Below, one piece after another: positions 23,572 to 35,153 of a DNA stretch of 37,571 nt. Source of the stretch: Octopus bimaculoides (Eukaryota); the NCBI RefSeq assembly GCF_001194135.2, contig NC_068989.1, forward strand, positions 54,284,562 to 54,322,132, given 5' to 3'. The notes below the pieces were generated by a model, which saw only the letters and a list, made by a program, of their open reading frames with translations, searched no databases and had not been told where the DNA came from. A program made the translations under genes and the position numbers. Each line of letters opens with the position of its first letter. The first letter of the stretch is position 1.

Positions 23572-24505
23572 NNNNNNNNNNNNNNNNNNNNNNNNNNNNN
23601 NNNNNNNNNNNNNNNNNNNNNNNNNNNNNNNNNNNNNNNNNNNNNNNNNNNNNNNNNNNNNNNNNNNNNNNNNNNNNNNNNNNNNNNNNNNNNNNNNNNN
23701 NNNNNNNNNNNNNNNNNNNNNNNNNNNNNNNNNNNNNNNNNNNNNNNNNNNNNNNNNNNNNNNNNNNNNNNNNNNNNNNNNNNNNNNNNNNNNNNNNNNN
23801 NNNNNNNNNNNNNNNNNNNNNNNNNNNNNNNNNNNNNNNNNNNNNNNNNNNNNNNNNNNNNNNNNNNNNNNNNNNNNNNNNNNNNNNNNNNNNNNNNNNN
23901 NNNNNNNNNNNNNNNNNNNNNNNNNNNNNNNNNNNNNNNNNNNNNNNNNNNNNNNNNNNNNNNNNNNNNNNNNNNNNNNNNNNNNNNNNNNNNNNNNNNN
24001 NNNNNNNNNNNNNNNNNNNNNNNNNNNNNNNNNNNNNNNNNNNNNNNNNNNNNNNNNNNNNNNNNNNNNNNNNNNNTGTGTGTGTGTGTGTGTGTAAAAA
24101 TGTATATGTATGTATAAATATATATATATATAAAACGGCGGTGCATCAGCATGGGCGCAGCTCTGAGCTGAAACTACAGAAGAAAAAAATGTATATATGT
24201 ATATATATGTACATATGTATAAGTATATATATGTATATATGTATATATATATATATATATGTATATGTAACATATATGTACAATTTACAATATACATACA
24301 TGCATACATATATATACATGCATATATACACACATACACACATATTGTAGGAATTTCGTATAATTTTAGAGTATCTCCTGCACTCTTCTGTAGAATAACG
24401 TGGAATATTTACTATATGTCAAGTATCGAGTTGTTTTCTCCCATCAGTACAACCAAATATATATGGATATATGGATATATGCGTGCATAAACGCATACAC
24501 GTGAA

Positions 24506-24769
24506 GGCGCATGGCTCAGTGGTTAGAGCGTCGAGCTTACGATCGTGAGGTTGTGAGTTCGAATCGCGAACCGGGCTGTGTGTTGTGTTCTTGAGCAAGA
24601 CACTTTATTTCACATTGCTCCAGTTCACTCAGCTGTAGAAATGAGTTGCGACGTCACAGGTGCCAGGCTGTATCGGATCTTTTGCCTTTCCCTGAGATAA
24701 CACTGGTGGCATGGAGAGGGGAGACCGGTATGCATGGGCGACTGCTGGTCTTCCATAAACAACCTTGCC
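24506..24769 (+). mobile_element. tRNA(Arg)-like SINE, family C, 3'-truncated
   Basis: GGCGCATGGCTCAGTGGTTAGAGCG with A-box TGGCTCAGTGG (24512-22), anticodon-loop-like TTACGAT (ACG at 24539-41), B-box GTTCGAATC (24557-65). No tRNA 3' acceptor strand; a non-tRNA body follows. Confidence 0.85.
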
Positions 24770-25915
24770 AAACGCGTTCCAACATTGCGTTGTTGAAGGC
24801 TGAAACAGCTTTCGTTATTCGGACCTTCAGTTCATCCACGTCTTTTGGAAGGGGAGGCACATAGACCAGTCCTTTCACAACCCCCCACAAGAAGAAATCG
24901 CAAGGTGTGAGAACCGGAGACCTGGGAGGCCATGGCATGAGAACATAATCATCTCACCCAAACCGTCCAATCCATCTGTCTGGCAGTGTTGTGTTCAGAT
25001 ACTGTCTAACCCTGAGGCTCCAGTGCGGTGGCACCCCATCCTGTTGGAAAATGAAGTCGTCAGACTCTTCGTCACTCTTACTTATCCATTAACCAGTTTT
25101 CCAGCATGTCGAGGTACGTGTCACCATTGACTGTTGCTCCTTCAAAGAAGAATGGTCCATAGACAGCTTACTTGGACATGGCACAAAACACATTCACCTT
25201 TGGGGAATCTCACTGATGCCCAAGAAGTTCATGTGGGTTTTCAGTACTCCATATGCGAGTGTTATGCTTGTTAACTTTGCCATTTACGTGGAAGTTCGCC
25301 TCATCGCTAAAAACAAGCCGGTCATCAAATCCGTCATCTTCCAACTCCTCTTGCATTGCAATGCAAAAGTCATGACGATCTGGTTTATCAGTGTCCTGCA
25401 ACTGCTGAACTAACTGTAGCTTGTAAGGTGTCATCTGCAGTAGTCTTTTTAAGCTACGCCAAACAGTTGTTGTAGGAAGCTGAAGTTCCCTACTGGCTCT
25501 TCTGATCGATTTACGGGGGCTCCGCTCGAAAGCAGTTCGAACTCGCTCAACCGTATCATCTGAAGTTGAGGAGCGTCTCGTTCTCTTAGCTGGGCACAAA
25601 CACCCATCCTTCATGAATTTACCATGCCATCTCAATATGGACTTCCTTTCTGGTGTCTTTTTTCGGAATTTTGTGCGAAAAGCACATTGAATAAGTGTCC
25701 ATGTTTCAGTTTTTGCAAATTCAAGGACGCAAAACACCTTTTCTGGTTGAGTGAACGCCATTACTGGATCTGAAAAAATATGAAAAAACCATTAGCATTA
25801 CAAAGAAAAACTTAATGAGTTTAGCTTTAAAATGGTACCAGTTTCATCTTACTACCAATCATAGTCCAGCAGATATGAGAACTTGAAATGTGCCCAAGAC
25901 TTCTTGAACACCCTG
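24763..25915 (-). mobile_element. Tc1/mariner transposon of the rosa/Visitor (DD41D-related) type, DD46D spacing, inactive, 3' end missing
   Basis: TA at 25916-17, then TIR start CAGGGTGTTCAAGAAG. ATG at 25761. Motifs FSDEANFH, HNTRIW, SPKVNVFCA, GPFFFEG, FQQDG, RWIGR, WPPRSPVLTPCDFFLWG. Catalytic Asp codons at 25305, 25040 and 24899. Premature stops (e.g. 25212-10, 24956-54) and a frameshift near 25080. Confidence 0.95.
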
Positions 25916-26110
25916 TACATTACGATATCTTGCATCTCTTATGATATCCTTTAAAGGAAGTCTTAACAAACAACATGTATCATATTTTCGTACCACTAGA
26001 CTTTTATTTTGCGAGTAGTCTCTGAGTGCAGTCTTCTTATGCACCTACACGGTCTTTCATCCTTTCATCTTGCCCTTCTTGTTTACTTCTCATCGTCATT
26101 AGGGTTATCC

Positions 26111-26478
26111 TTATTATCATTGTATGTTTGACTTTTGCTTTGTATTTGTACAAGTTGACTCCAAGTTCCAACCAGAGACTTCAAGAGACAACAGGTTAGA
26201 AATTCAAGTTGGTGTTATGACTAGGGTGCCATATATTTGGTTTTGGACGGAGTATTGTTCCAGAGAATGTCTGTCAAAACATAAGTAAATTAGAAGTTTG
26301 TTTTAAAAGTAATTAGATGATAGTGTGGTCTTAAGATGACAGCAAAAACTGCTATTATGTACATTTAAATGTACTTCTGATAATGTTTACAGGTTCAAAT
26401 GTTTTGAAATTACATAGACAATATTATTCTTAGGATATGAGCAGTTCTCATGAGACTATTTTTTAAATTTCTTCCATT
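26111..26478 (-). mobile_element. 5'-truncated R4/Dong-like LINE 3' end, second subfamily
   Basis: Minus strand reads EI*KIV, frameshift, LMRTAHILRIILSM* (stop at 26412-10), with the same TAHILR motif as 1-178. About 300 bp of 3' UTR ends CAAAAGTCAAACATACAATGATAATAA. Confidence 0.7.
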
Positions 26479-26495
26479 TGTTGTTGTTGTTGTTC

Positions 26496-26554
<59 letters not shown>

Positions 26555-26557
26555 GTT

Positions 26558-26616
<59 letters not shown>

Positions 26617-26617
26617 T

Positions 26618-26649
<32 letters not shown>
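26479..26649. repeat. Compound (GTT)n-(ATT)n-(ATC)n microsatellite
   Basis: Direct read. Confidence 0.95.
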
Positions 26650-26650
<1 letters not shown>

Positions 26651-29600
26651 GGATATAGCCATCACCCTAAACTCCATCCAAATCCCACACACCGTCATCA
26701 TCATAATCCCGATTATATATACAGAACGGAAGAAGGACTTTTATGGAATAACTCGACCTGCATAAAACAGCAATAATTTCTCACTCGGATCACGCCTTAC
26801 GATCTAATAGAAGTAGGCATTAAATATTGTGATCGAAGATTCAGTGTTAGAAAACAATAAAAGACAAGGAAGTTATGGTTGAGTTGTTTTTTGCTTGTAA
26901 GTCTGGCTTTAAAGGGGAAAAAAGCAAGAGAATATATCTTTCTCATCGACTTTCTGGCTAATAGAAAAAGAGTAAAAAGGAAGATATCGCCAAACAGGAG
27001 ACTAGACCAGCATACATGCAAACAGCAGCCTCGTTACAGGTACACAAGGACCAGATGGTATTGTTAAACTGAAAGCTGATTCACTGTAAAACAATACACA
27101 TGGTGAGCCAATGTGTATGGCCATTCGTAGTCACATGAGATACTACAAATTTACCACCTCCGCTTCAAATCATCTTAAAAATTAGGAAGGATCCATTAGA
27201 TAATGAATTCGGCCTGAAGAGCGTGGACTGAATGACAAGCGATATTTGGTAAATATTTTTAGGACTTGACTCAATACACACAGTTTCACCCAATGGCTCA
27301 TGGTGGGGGGGGGGGGGGGGTAGTGGTTTTGTTGTTTGTTAGGTGTATGATGTGAGTAGCGAACGAACGTAAAGTTAAAAAGGGAGAACGTGTGTGGGAT
27401 AAGTGGAAAAAAAACTAAAAAGATCTTTGCAGCTTCTTGCCCTGCTATTGGATGATAATTTTTAGGTGTTTCTTGTCTCAATGGAAGAGAGGATGATGCT
27501 TACGAAATGGCACACATCTTCAACAGTAACGACAACAGCTAGAGTGTAATGTAAATAAAAGAAGGTCGTGGTAACGCTAGGTGTTGTTATCCAACAAAAG
27601 TTGGCAGACGGAAATCGAAGAACAAGATTAATTCAACCCCAATTGACATTGCTAACTAAGCACATAATGATGAGATCTTCCGTTAACTAATCGCCTTCTT
27701 TGCCCCTTCTCTTCTTCTCCTTGTTTCCTTCATGTGTCAAATGCTTCCTCCATAACACCTCATCTTTCACTCTTTAGTCCTCATTTTTTTTCTCTATTTC
27801 TTCCTGTATTTGTCCAGTTCTTTGCTTCGTTCTTTCTCTCTTTATTCTTTATATATCTATTTGCTTTCTATTTTATAATTGCCAGATTCTTTCGTTCATT
27901 AATCTTCAACTTTTGTCTTTGTTTTCCATATACATGTGTGTATGTGTGTGTCTGTAAAGATGTAAGTATTTATGTATGTTTGCATGTATAGCAGGTGCAT
28001 ATGGGTGTATGTATGCATTTATATACACACACACACAAACACACACATATATATATATACGTAAATTACATTAATCTGTCTTTTTCTTTCTCTTTTTGTG
28101 TGTGTTTCTGTGTATATATATATATATATATATATACATATGTATGCATGTATGTATGTATTTATGTAGGTATGTATCTCTTTTACTGCGTGTTTCCAGC
28201 TGCACTTTGCCAGACTCCTTTCGGTAGGCGATTGTATATGTACTGGGCCACTGAATGAGGAGCAAATTGCCTACATTGAATGTTGTTTGGGGTGTCTGAT
28301 ATCGGAGCTACATTTCTTTATCCCAGACACTTGTTTGCTTCTGCCTTAGCAATCGTCTACTATAGCTGGCAGTAGCCAGTTAGTTTACCCAGTTGAATGA
28401 GCCACGGAATGGCGACGTTACTGAGCAAGTTGAGAGAGAAATTTCAGATCCGTAACTTTGCGCAACCTAGTGTTGTACATTTTTGAAAAGATCACCAAGA
28501 ATCTGATAATTGTCGTGGATAGTGTAGCCGGAGACTTGCAAGTCTTTGCGACAACTTCCAATTTATGTAATTCATCTGAAACCATTTTGGGAAGTCATCT
28601 GGTGGACGCTGCTCAATTTGCTTCAATCGACAGCTTTCAACAAGATCACCCATCGCTGAGTAGCAACTGTTTTCACAGCACTCGATTACAGTCTTGTTTT
28701 CAAGAACTGGTTTGCTAAGATGTTTAGCGGCAGCTGTTGTTCAGCAGTTAGATTAATCTGTCACCTTTTGTAAACCTTCAGTAGAAAAAACCCGGTCCAT
28801 TCGGGGATGCACTCTCTTCCGGCTCCTATGGCTTGGCTACGTAGAATGGAGACTGTATAGCATATCGCTCGGCGACAGGAGAGCCATGTCTGCATTCGCA
28901 AACTAAGTCATTGTCATAGAATCACACTCTTCAGACATAGAAGCTGTTGATATGACATTGGAACAGTACCGGGAATGTGTGGAGGCACATGTCCACTTGT
29001 TACTGTCAATAGACTTGCAACACAACATTGGGAAAGGTATATCTATGAGGCCAGCAGCAATTTATGTTGCTGGAACGAGAACCTTGTTTGGGTACTGGGT
29101 TCTGATTTGAAACTTAAATTTAAGTGGAGAGAAATTGGGAAGAGACCGTGATCGAAGTGTCCAGCCTCTCCGAAAAGTAAACCGAGATGGAGTTGCCCAT
29201 AAAAGGTTGGATGGAAGTGATTAATGCTAAATTATTTCGGAGCGAAACACCAACTGACAATTGTACCTTCTGCCAAGAAACATCCGACTAGAGGGGAGCG
29301 CACGCTTTTACCGTAACTCTTACTACAGTACTTCTCTCTATCCTTCTAATTCATAGACGCTAATATATTGTTATAAACGTAACACATGTTCATGCATTCG
29401 CCATTCGTCTTCTGAACAAAATGTCGTGAATTTGTCGCACAGAGACGCTCAGCCATCAAGATACATTCTCGTTGATACTGTCGTTTCTTTTATTTTTATA
29501 AGTAATATTGCTTCACTATTGCATCTGCTTGCATTATATGTATTGCTATGTCAACCATTTACGGATCATTTGAAACAGTTGTAAAGACAAGGTCTGAATA

Positions 29601-29852
29601 TATCTTGTAAATTGCATATGAAATTTTTCATGTAAATACTTTCCTTACACCTGTTATTATTTCTCCGTTATTCTTATTCGATATACGCTTGATTTCGATC
29701 GTTATTCTAGTTGAATTTTCTACCTCCAGACTACCTTACACTGTAGAAATATTTGGAGTTTAAAATGCAGATCTCCTTAAGCACTAATTAGCGACAATCT
29801 ATCCCACGCTTATACTGGACTTTATCATCTATATACAAACACACATACGCAC

Positions 29853-29943
<91 letters not shown>

Positions 29944-30274
29944 GAGAGAGACACACAGAGTGGACGAAAGACAAACAGAGAGATAATTTTACAAAGCAAA
30001 CTGATAAGCTGATAACCAGACAGATCTTCAGATGATTTCTAAGACCACATAGATGCCGTATGAAGAACAAAAGGCTGTGATAATTGCAAGAGATGAGTTA
30101 ATCACTAGATTTCAGCTAATCACCAAAGTTGAAACAATCAACTTCTGGATAACCAGAGATAGACTGAGACCGTAATAAACACCCCCCCACTCCACACCGA
30201 CACCGCGACTCAACACAGCCATATACACCCACAAACATACATCCATACATGCATATATATATATTTATATTTTA

Positions 30275-30470
30275 ACTTTTGTTTCTGGAGCTGGACAGTG
30301 GCCATGATGGGGCACCGCCTTGAAAGGTTTAGGCAAACTGATCGGCTCCAATAGTTACTTTTAAACCTACTACTTATTCTAAAGGACACGTTGAGAGAAC
30401 TGAAGAGATACGGAGGCGTTAAAAAGCTAATTTGTCTGTCAAGTAGTGGTGGGGGACAAACACAAGCACA
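30275..30470 (-). mobile_element. Old SINE family A 3' part
   Basis: GGACAGTGGCCATGATGGGGCACCGCCTT...CTACTTATTCTA...GTGGTGGGGGACAAACAC resembles 31735-31905. Confidence 0.6.
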
Positions 30471-30510
30471 CGCGTGCGCGCGTGCGCGCACACACACACA
30501 CACACACACA

Positions 30511-30606
30511 TAAACACACACACATAAACACACACACATAAACACACACACATAAACACACACACATAAACACACACACATAAACACACACACATAAACA
30601 CACACA
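30511..30606. repeat. 14-bp minisatellite (TAAACACACACACA), about 7 copies
   Basis: Regular period read directly up to the gap. Confidence 0.9.
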
Positions 30607-30772
30607 NNNNNNNNNNNNNNNNNNNNNNNNNNNNNNNNNNNNNNNNNNNNNNNNNNNNNNNNNNNNNNNNNNNNNNNNNNNNNNNNNNNNNNNNNNNNNN
30701 NNNNNNNNNNNNNNNNNNNNNNNNNNNNNNNNNNNNNNNNNNNNNNNNNNNNNNNNNNNNNNNNNNNNNNNN

Positions 30773-30849
<77 letters not shown>

Positions 30850-30854
<5 letters not shown>

Positions 30855-30897
30855 TGCTTCAGTCACTTGACTGCGGCAGCGCTAGAGCACCACTTTC
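30850..30897 (-). mobile_element. Short SINE family A 3' tip
   Basis: TTCAGTCACTTGACTGCGGCAGCGCTAGAGCACC resembles GTCAGTCATTTGACTGCGGCCATGCTGGAGCACC. Confidence 0.65.
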
Positions 30898-30952
30898 ATA
30901 ATATATATTATTATATATGGATCACTAACTTACAGTTGGTGATACATATATA

Positions 30953-31335
30953 CGAGGTTCGATCAATAAGTATCCGGATTGTTGCCATAGTAACGATGCT
31001 AAAGCACGCAGAGTGAAGCCGCTTGGCAAAGATTGACCTTGAAATCTGCTGTGCATGCGCACTAAGTTTTAACGTTCTAGCTCACTTCCGCAATGCTTCG
31101 AAGAAATGAAATGTGTGTAGCGAGTGATCATCGCATTGACCATGACAGAGAAAGTTGTCATGTTGATACATGCTCAAAGTCCTACGCAAAGTTGCAGAAA
31201 ATGCTTGGAGAGGAGTGTATGAGCCGCACACAAGCGTACGAGTGGTTCAGACATTTCTAAGATAGATAGGAAAATCTCAATATTGATGAACATTCTGGGA
31301 AACCCGCAACCAGCAGAACTGAGAAAAACATCGAC
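30953..31335 (+). mobile_element. 5' fragment of a mariner transposon (left TIR and HTH remnant)
   Basis: TA at 30951-52, then CGAGGTTCGATCAATAAG. 31165-31335 reads DTCSKSYAKLQKMLGEECMSRTQAYEWFRHF*DR*ENLNIDEHSGKPATSRTEKNID, a mariner N-terminal HTH with an SGRP-like motif. Confidence 0.85.
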
Positions 31336-31383
31336 TAATGCCTTGTGAATGGATTTGACAGACGGAAAATGAAAGAAGCCGGT

Positions 31384-31432
<49 letters not shown>

Positions 31433-31666
31433 GGGAATGTATCTATGTTATGTGTCTTTGTGTATGTTTGTTCCCACCACCCCATCACCGCTTGACAACC
31501 GGTCGTCGTGTGTTTCCCTCTCCGTAACTTAGCGAATCGGCAAAAGTGACCGACAGAATAAGTACTACTACTTGAGAAATAAGTCTTGGGGTCGATTTGT
31601 CCGACTAAAACGTTTCAAGACGGTGCTCCAGTATGGCCGCAGTCAAATGGCTGAAATAACTAAAGG
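31332..31666 (+). mobile_element. SINE family A, 5'-truncated, with internal (TA)n
   Basis: GCCTTGTGAATGGATTTG...(TA)n...CGCTTGACAACCG...AGAATAAGTACT...GGGGTCGATTTG...CGGTGCTCCAGTATGGCCGCAGTCAAATGGCTGAAA. Confidence 0.9.
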
Positions 31667-31726
31667 AATTTAAGAAATACATATATATGTACACGCACAC
31701 TCAGTCACAAATATATATACATATAT

Positions 31727-31920
31727 TCTTTTAATCTTTTATTTGTGTCAGTCATTTGACTGCGGCCATGCTGGAGCACCGCCTTTAGTCGAGCAAATCG
31801 ACCCCACAACTTATTCTTTGTAAGCCTACCACTAAGTTACGTTAAGTTACGTGGACGTAAACACACCAGCATCGGTTGTCAAACGATGTTGGAGGGACAA
31901 ACAGGCACGTAGACATACAC
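31727..31920 (-). mobile_element. SINE family A 3' half, inverted relative to the previous copy
   Basis: GTCAGTCATTTGACTGCGGCCATGCTGGAGCACCG...AAATCGACCCC...GGTTGTCAAACGATG is the reverse complement of ~31470-31655. Confidence 0.9.
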
Positions 31921-31935
31921 ACACACACACGGATT

Positions 31936-32032
<97 letters not shown>

Positions 32033-32593
32033 ATATACACAGAGAGAGCCAGTTAAACAGACAGACTAAGATATAGATGGATGGATAGATAGACAGATAG
32101 AGTGATAGACAGGCGGATGAGATAGATATTTGTGTGTGTGTGTGTGTGTGTGTGTGCGTGCGTGCGTGTGTGGCGCGCACGTGCGTGTGTAATGAAGTTT
32201 GTAATTTAAGAGTGGAAACAGTCAAATAATAAATGCACATGTGTGCTGATATGTGTTGTCTCAAATATGTTCAACTAACGATATAACATCAATTACATAC
32301 GAAAATAGCACACAAACTTACATGTAAGCATTCATAATAATTGTGTTTACTTATATACATACGCGTGTGAGAGTGCGTGCGAAGTAGTGTTTTTGTGTTT
32401 TTGTGTTTACGGCACAAACGAATATAACTGCAGTCTTGCTCTTGACAATGATTACTGTATAATTTCTCTTGAGATTATCTACCTCTTTCAGAACGGAAGT
32501 TGCAATTTCGTCCCAGTTGGAGTCTATCCGATTTCGGTGCGGTGAGAGTGGGTATTTGCTTATCAAGCACTTTCACATATAGGTCTGTGTATG

Positions 32594-32636
<43 letters not shown>

Positions 32637-33267
32637 NNNNNNNNNNNNNNNNNNNNNNNNNNNNNNNNNNNNNNNNNNNNNNNNNNNNNNNNNNNNNNNN
32701 NNNNNNNNNNNNNNNNNNNNNNNNNNNNNNNNNNNNNNNNNNNNNNNNNNNNNNNNNNNNNNNNNNNNNNNNNNNNNNNNNNNNNNNNNNNNNNNNNNNN
32801 NNNNNNNNNNNNNNNNNNNNNNNNNNNNNNNNNNNNNNNNNNNNNNNNNNNNNNNNNNNNNNNNNNNNNNNNNNNNNNNNNNNNNNNNNNNNNNNNNNNN
32901 NNNNNNNNNNNNNNNNNNNNNNNNNNNNNNNNNNNNNNNNNNNNNNNNNNNNNNNNNNNNNNNNNNNNNNNNNNNNNNNNNNNNNNNNNNNNNNNNNNNN
33001 NNNNNNNNNNNNNNNNNNNNNNNNNNNNNNNNNNNNNNNNNNNNNNNNNNNNNNNNNNNNNNNNNNNNNNGCTTCCTGAGAAGGAGATTTTTGTCATAGA
33101 AACCAACACCTTTCAAGAAGTTAGATTTCGGATAATTAACGAAGAAATACAAAAATAGGCATTCGTATATAAATGTATATATCCATACATATACATGCAC
33201 ATACATATATACATAATAACCTACATAAATGCAAACCTATTCTCGTACACAATGAATAAAGACACTC

Positions 33268-33380
33268 ACATACATACATACATACATACATACATACATA
33301 CATACATACATACATACATGCATGCATGCATACATACATACATACATACGTACATACATACATACATCGTACATACATAC
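33268..33380. repeat. (TACA)n microsatellite
   Basis: Direct read. Confidence 0.95.
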
Positions 33381-34753
33381 ATACACACAGTAACATGCAT
33401 AGTACATGTATAAGCATACAGACACATGCAAACCCACACACTTACATACACACACACACACACGCATACCAAAATAGGTAGTGCCATATATATATATATA
33501 AACGTGTGTAGTTATAAATGCATTCAAAAATATACACAGGCATTTACTGCGCTCTCCTCTACTACTCTGGCTTTTCAACGACAATCAAGCTGACGGATAT
33601 ATACAAATATACACGCACGTACATACACAGATAGATATATATTCATACATACACACACCCAATTATCTAGCCTCTCCCGCACACAGTTTTTCTCTCAAAT
33701 ACACATATATACGTATATAGAAATAGTATGACAAACCCATTTATTATCCAATGTGAAGTTTCCAATTTACACACATACTCACTCATACACATTGAGAGGC
33801 ATAACACATAAACACATACACAAAACATCCATTCACGCGTTTATTTAGATGCACACTCACACACACAGCTATACAACCCTTGTACAATCAACAGCCATGA
33901 TGACACTGCTAAGTCTGCCTTTTATTGTGTTAATTACAAATCTAATTGCATTTATTCATAAGATCACACCGTGTTTCGCGCCTTAATCACTGCTTCTATA
34001 CCACCATCCTTCTCCCTTCCTCAAGGGATCAGCTACAAATTATAGTTTTCTGCTGTTACACACAACGCCGGCCAGCGCCCACCATTTTACTGATGACAAC
34101 GTCATCAGCTCCTCCATTGTCGCTGCCCTCACCGATCTGTTAGTGAAATAATGAATACGGAAATAAATATATGTATAAAAAATACATAAATATAAGAGAA
34201 GAGGAAACAGAAAAGAACAAAGGGAGATAAAAAAAAAGAACATATTTTATAAAATTAGATAAAAGTAAAAGGCAAAAAAAAAACACATAACATATCATTT
34301 CTGCTTTATTTATTTATTTTTTTTTTCAAATTATTCTCTTTCGTTTCTTTCATTACTTTTCCTTGTTTTCATGTAATGAATGAGTTTATATTATGTGTTT
34401 GCNNNNNNNNNNNNNNNNNNNNNNNNNNNNNNNNNNNNNNNNNNNNNNNNNNNNNNNNNNNNNNNNNNNNNNNNNNNNNNNNNNNNNNNNNNNNNNNNNN
34501 NNNNNNNNNNNNNNNNNNNNNNNNNNNNNNNNNNNNNNNNNNNNNNNNNNNNNNNNNNNNNNNNNNNNNNNNNNNNNNNNNNNNNNNNNNNNNNNNNNNN
34601 NNNNNNNNNNNNNNNNNNNNNNNNNNNNNNNNNNNNNNNNNNNNNNNNNNNNNNNNNNNNNNNNNNNNNNNNNNNNNNNNNNNNNNNNNNNNNNNNATAT
34701 ATATATATTCTTATTTATACATATGTATGTGTGTATATATATGTATATATGCA

Positions 34754-34790
<37 letters not shown>

Positions 34791-34842
34791 GTGTGTGTAT
34801 ATATATATATATAGAGAGAGAGAGAGATAGAGAGAGAGAGAA

Positions 34843-34970
34843 AGATACATGTATCTATATTTATATATTATTACTATCAATAATATATGTAGATATATAT
34901 ACATGTACATATATACATATAATCTACATATATTATTGATAGTAATAATATATAAATATAGATACATGTA

Positions 34971-35008
<38 letters not shown>

Positions 35009-35020
35009 GANNNNNNNNNN

Positions 35021-35073
<53 letters not shown>

Positions 35074-35153
35074 AAGAGGGAGAGAGAGAGAGAAAGAGGG
35101 AGAGAGATACATGTGTCTATATTTATATATTATTACTATCAATAATATATGTA
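34843..35153. repeat. 52-bp unit present three times in alternating orientation
   Basis: 34843-34894 and 34922-34973 are a perfect 52-bp inverted pair. 35105-35153 repeats the first copy with one mismatch over 49 bp. Confidence 0.9.

Noticed and set aside
24506-24575. Apparent tRNA-Arg(ACG) gene
   Set aside because: The anticodon stem pairs poorly, there is no acceptor 3' strand or poly-T terminator, and it continues into a SINE body.
27302-27326. 16-G run, potential G-quadruplex
   Set aside because: Isolated homopolymer with error-prone length and no promoter or telomere context.
28884-28945. Minus-strand CTGAAGA with a 6-bp stem I
   Set aside because: GAAA is GAAT, with no stem III or cleavage triplet. 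Other CTGANGA hits (13679, 14693, 20225, 27215, 30025, 30400) also lack stems.
34090-34108. Perfect hairpin CTGATGAC-AAC-GTCATCAG with CTGATGA on both strands
   Set aside because: No GAAA/NUH for a hammerhead and no box C/D pairing; an 8-bp stem is expected by chance.
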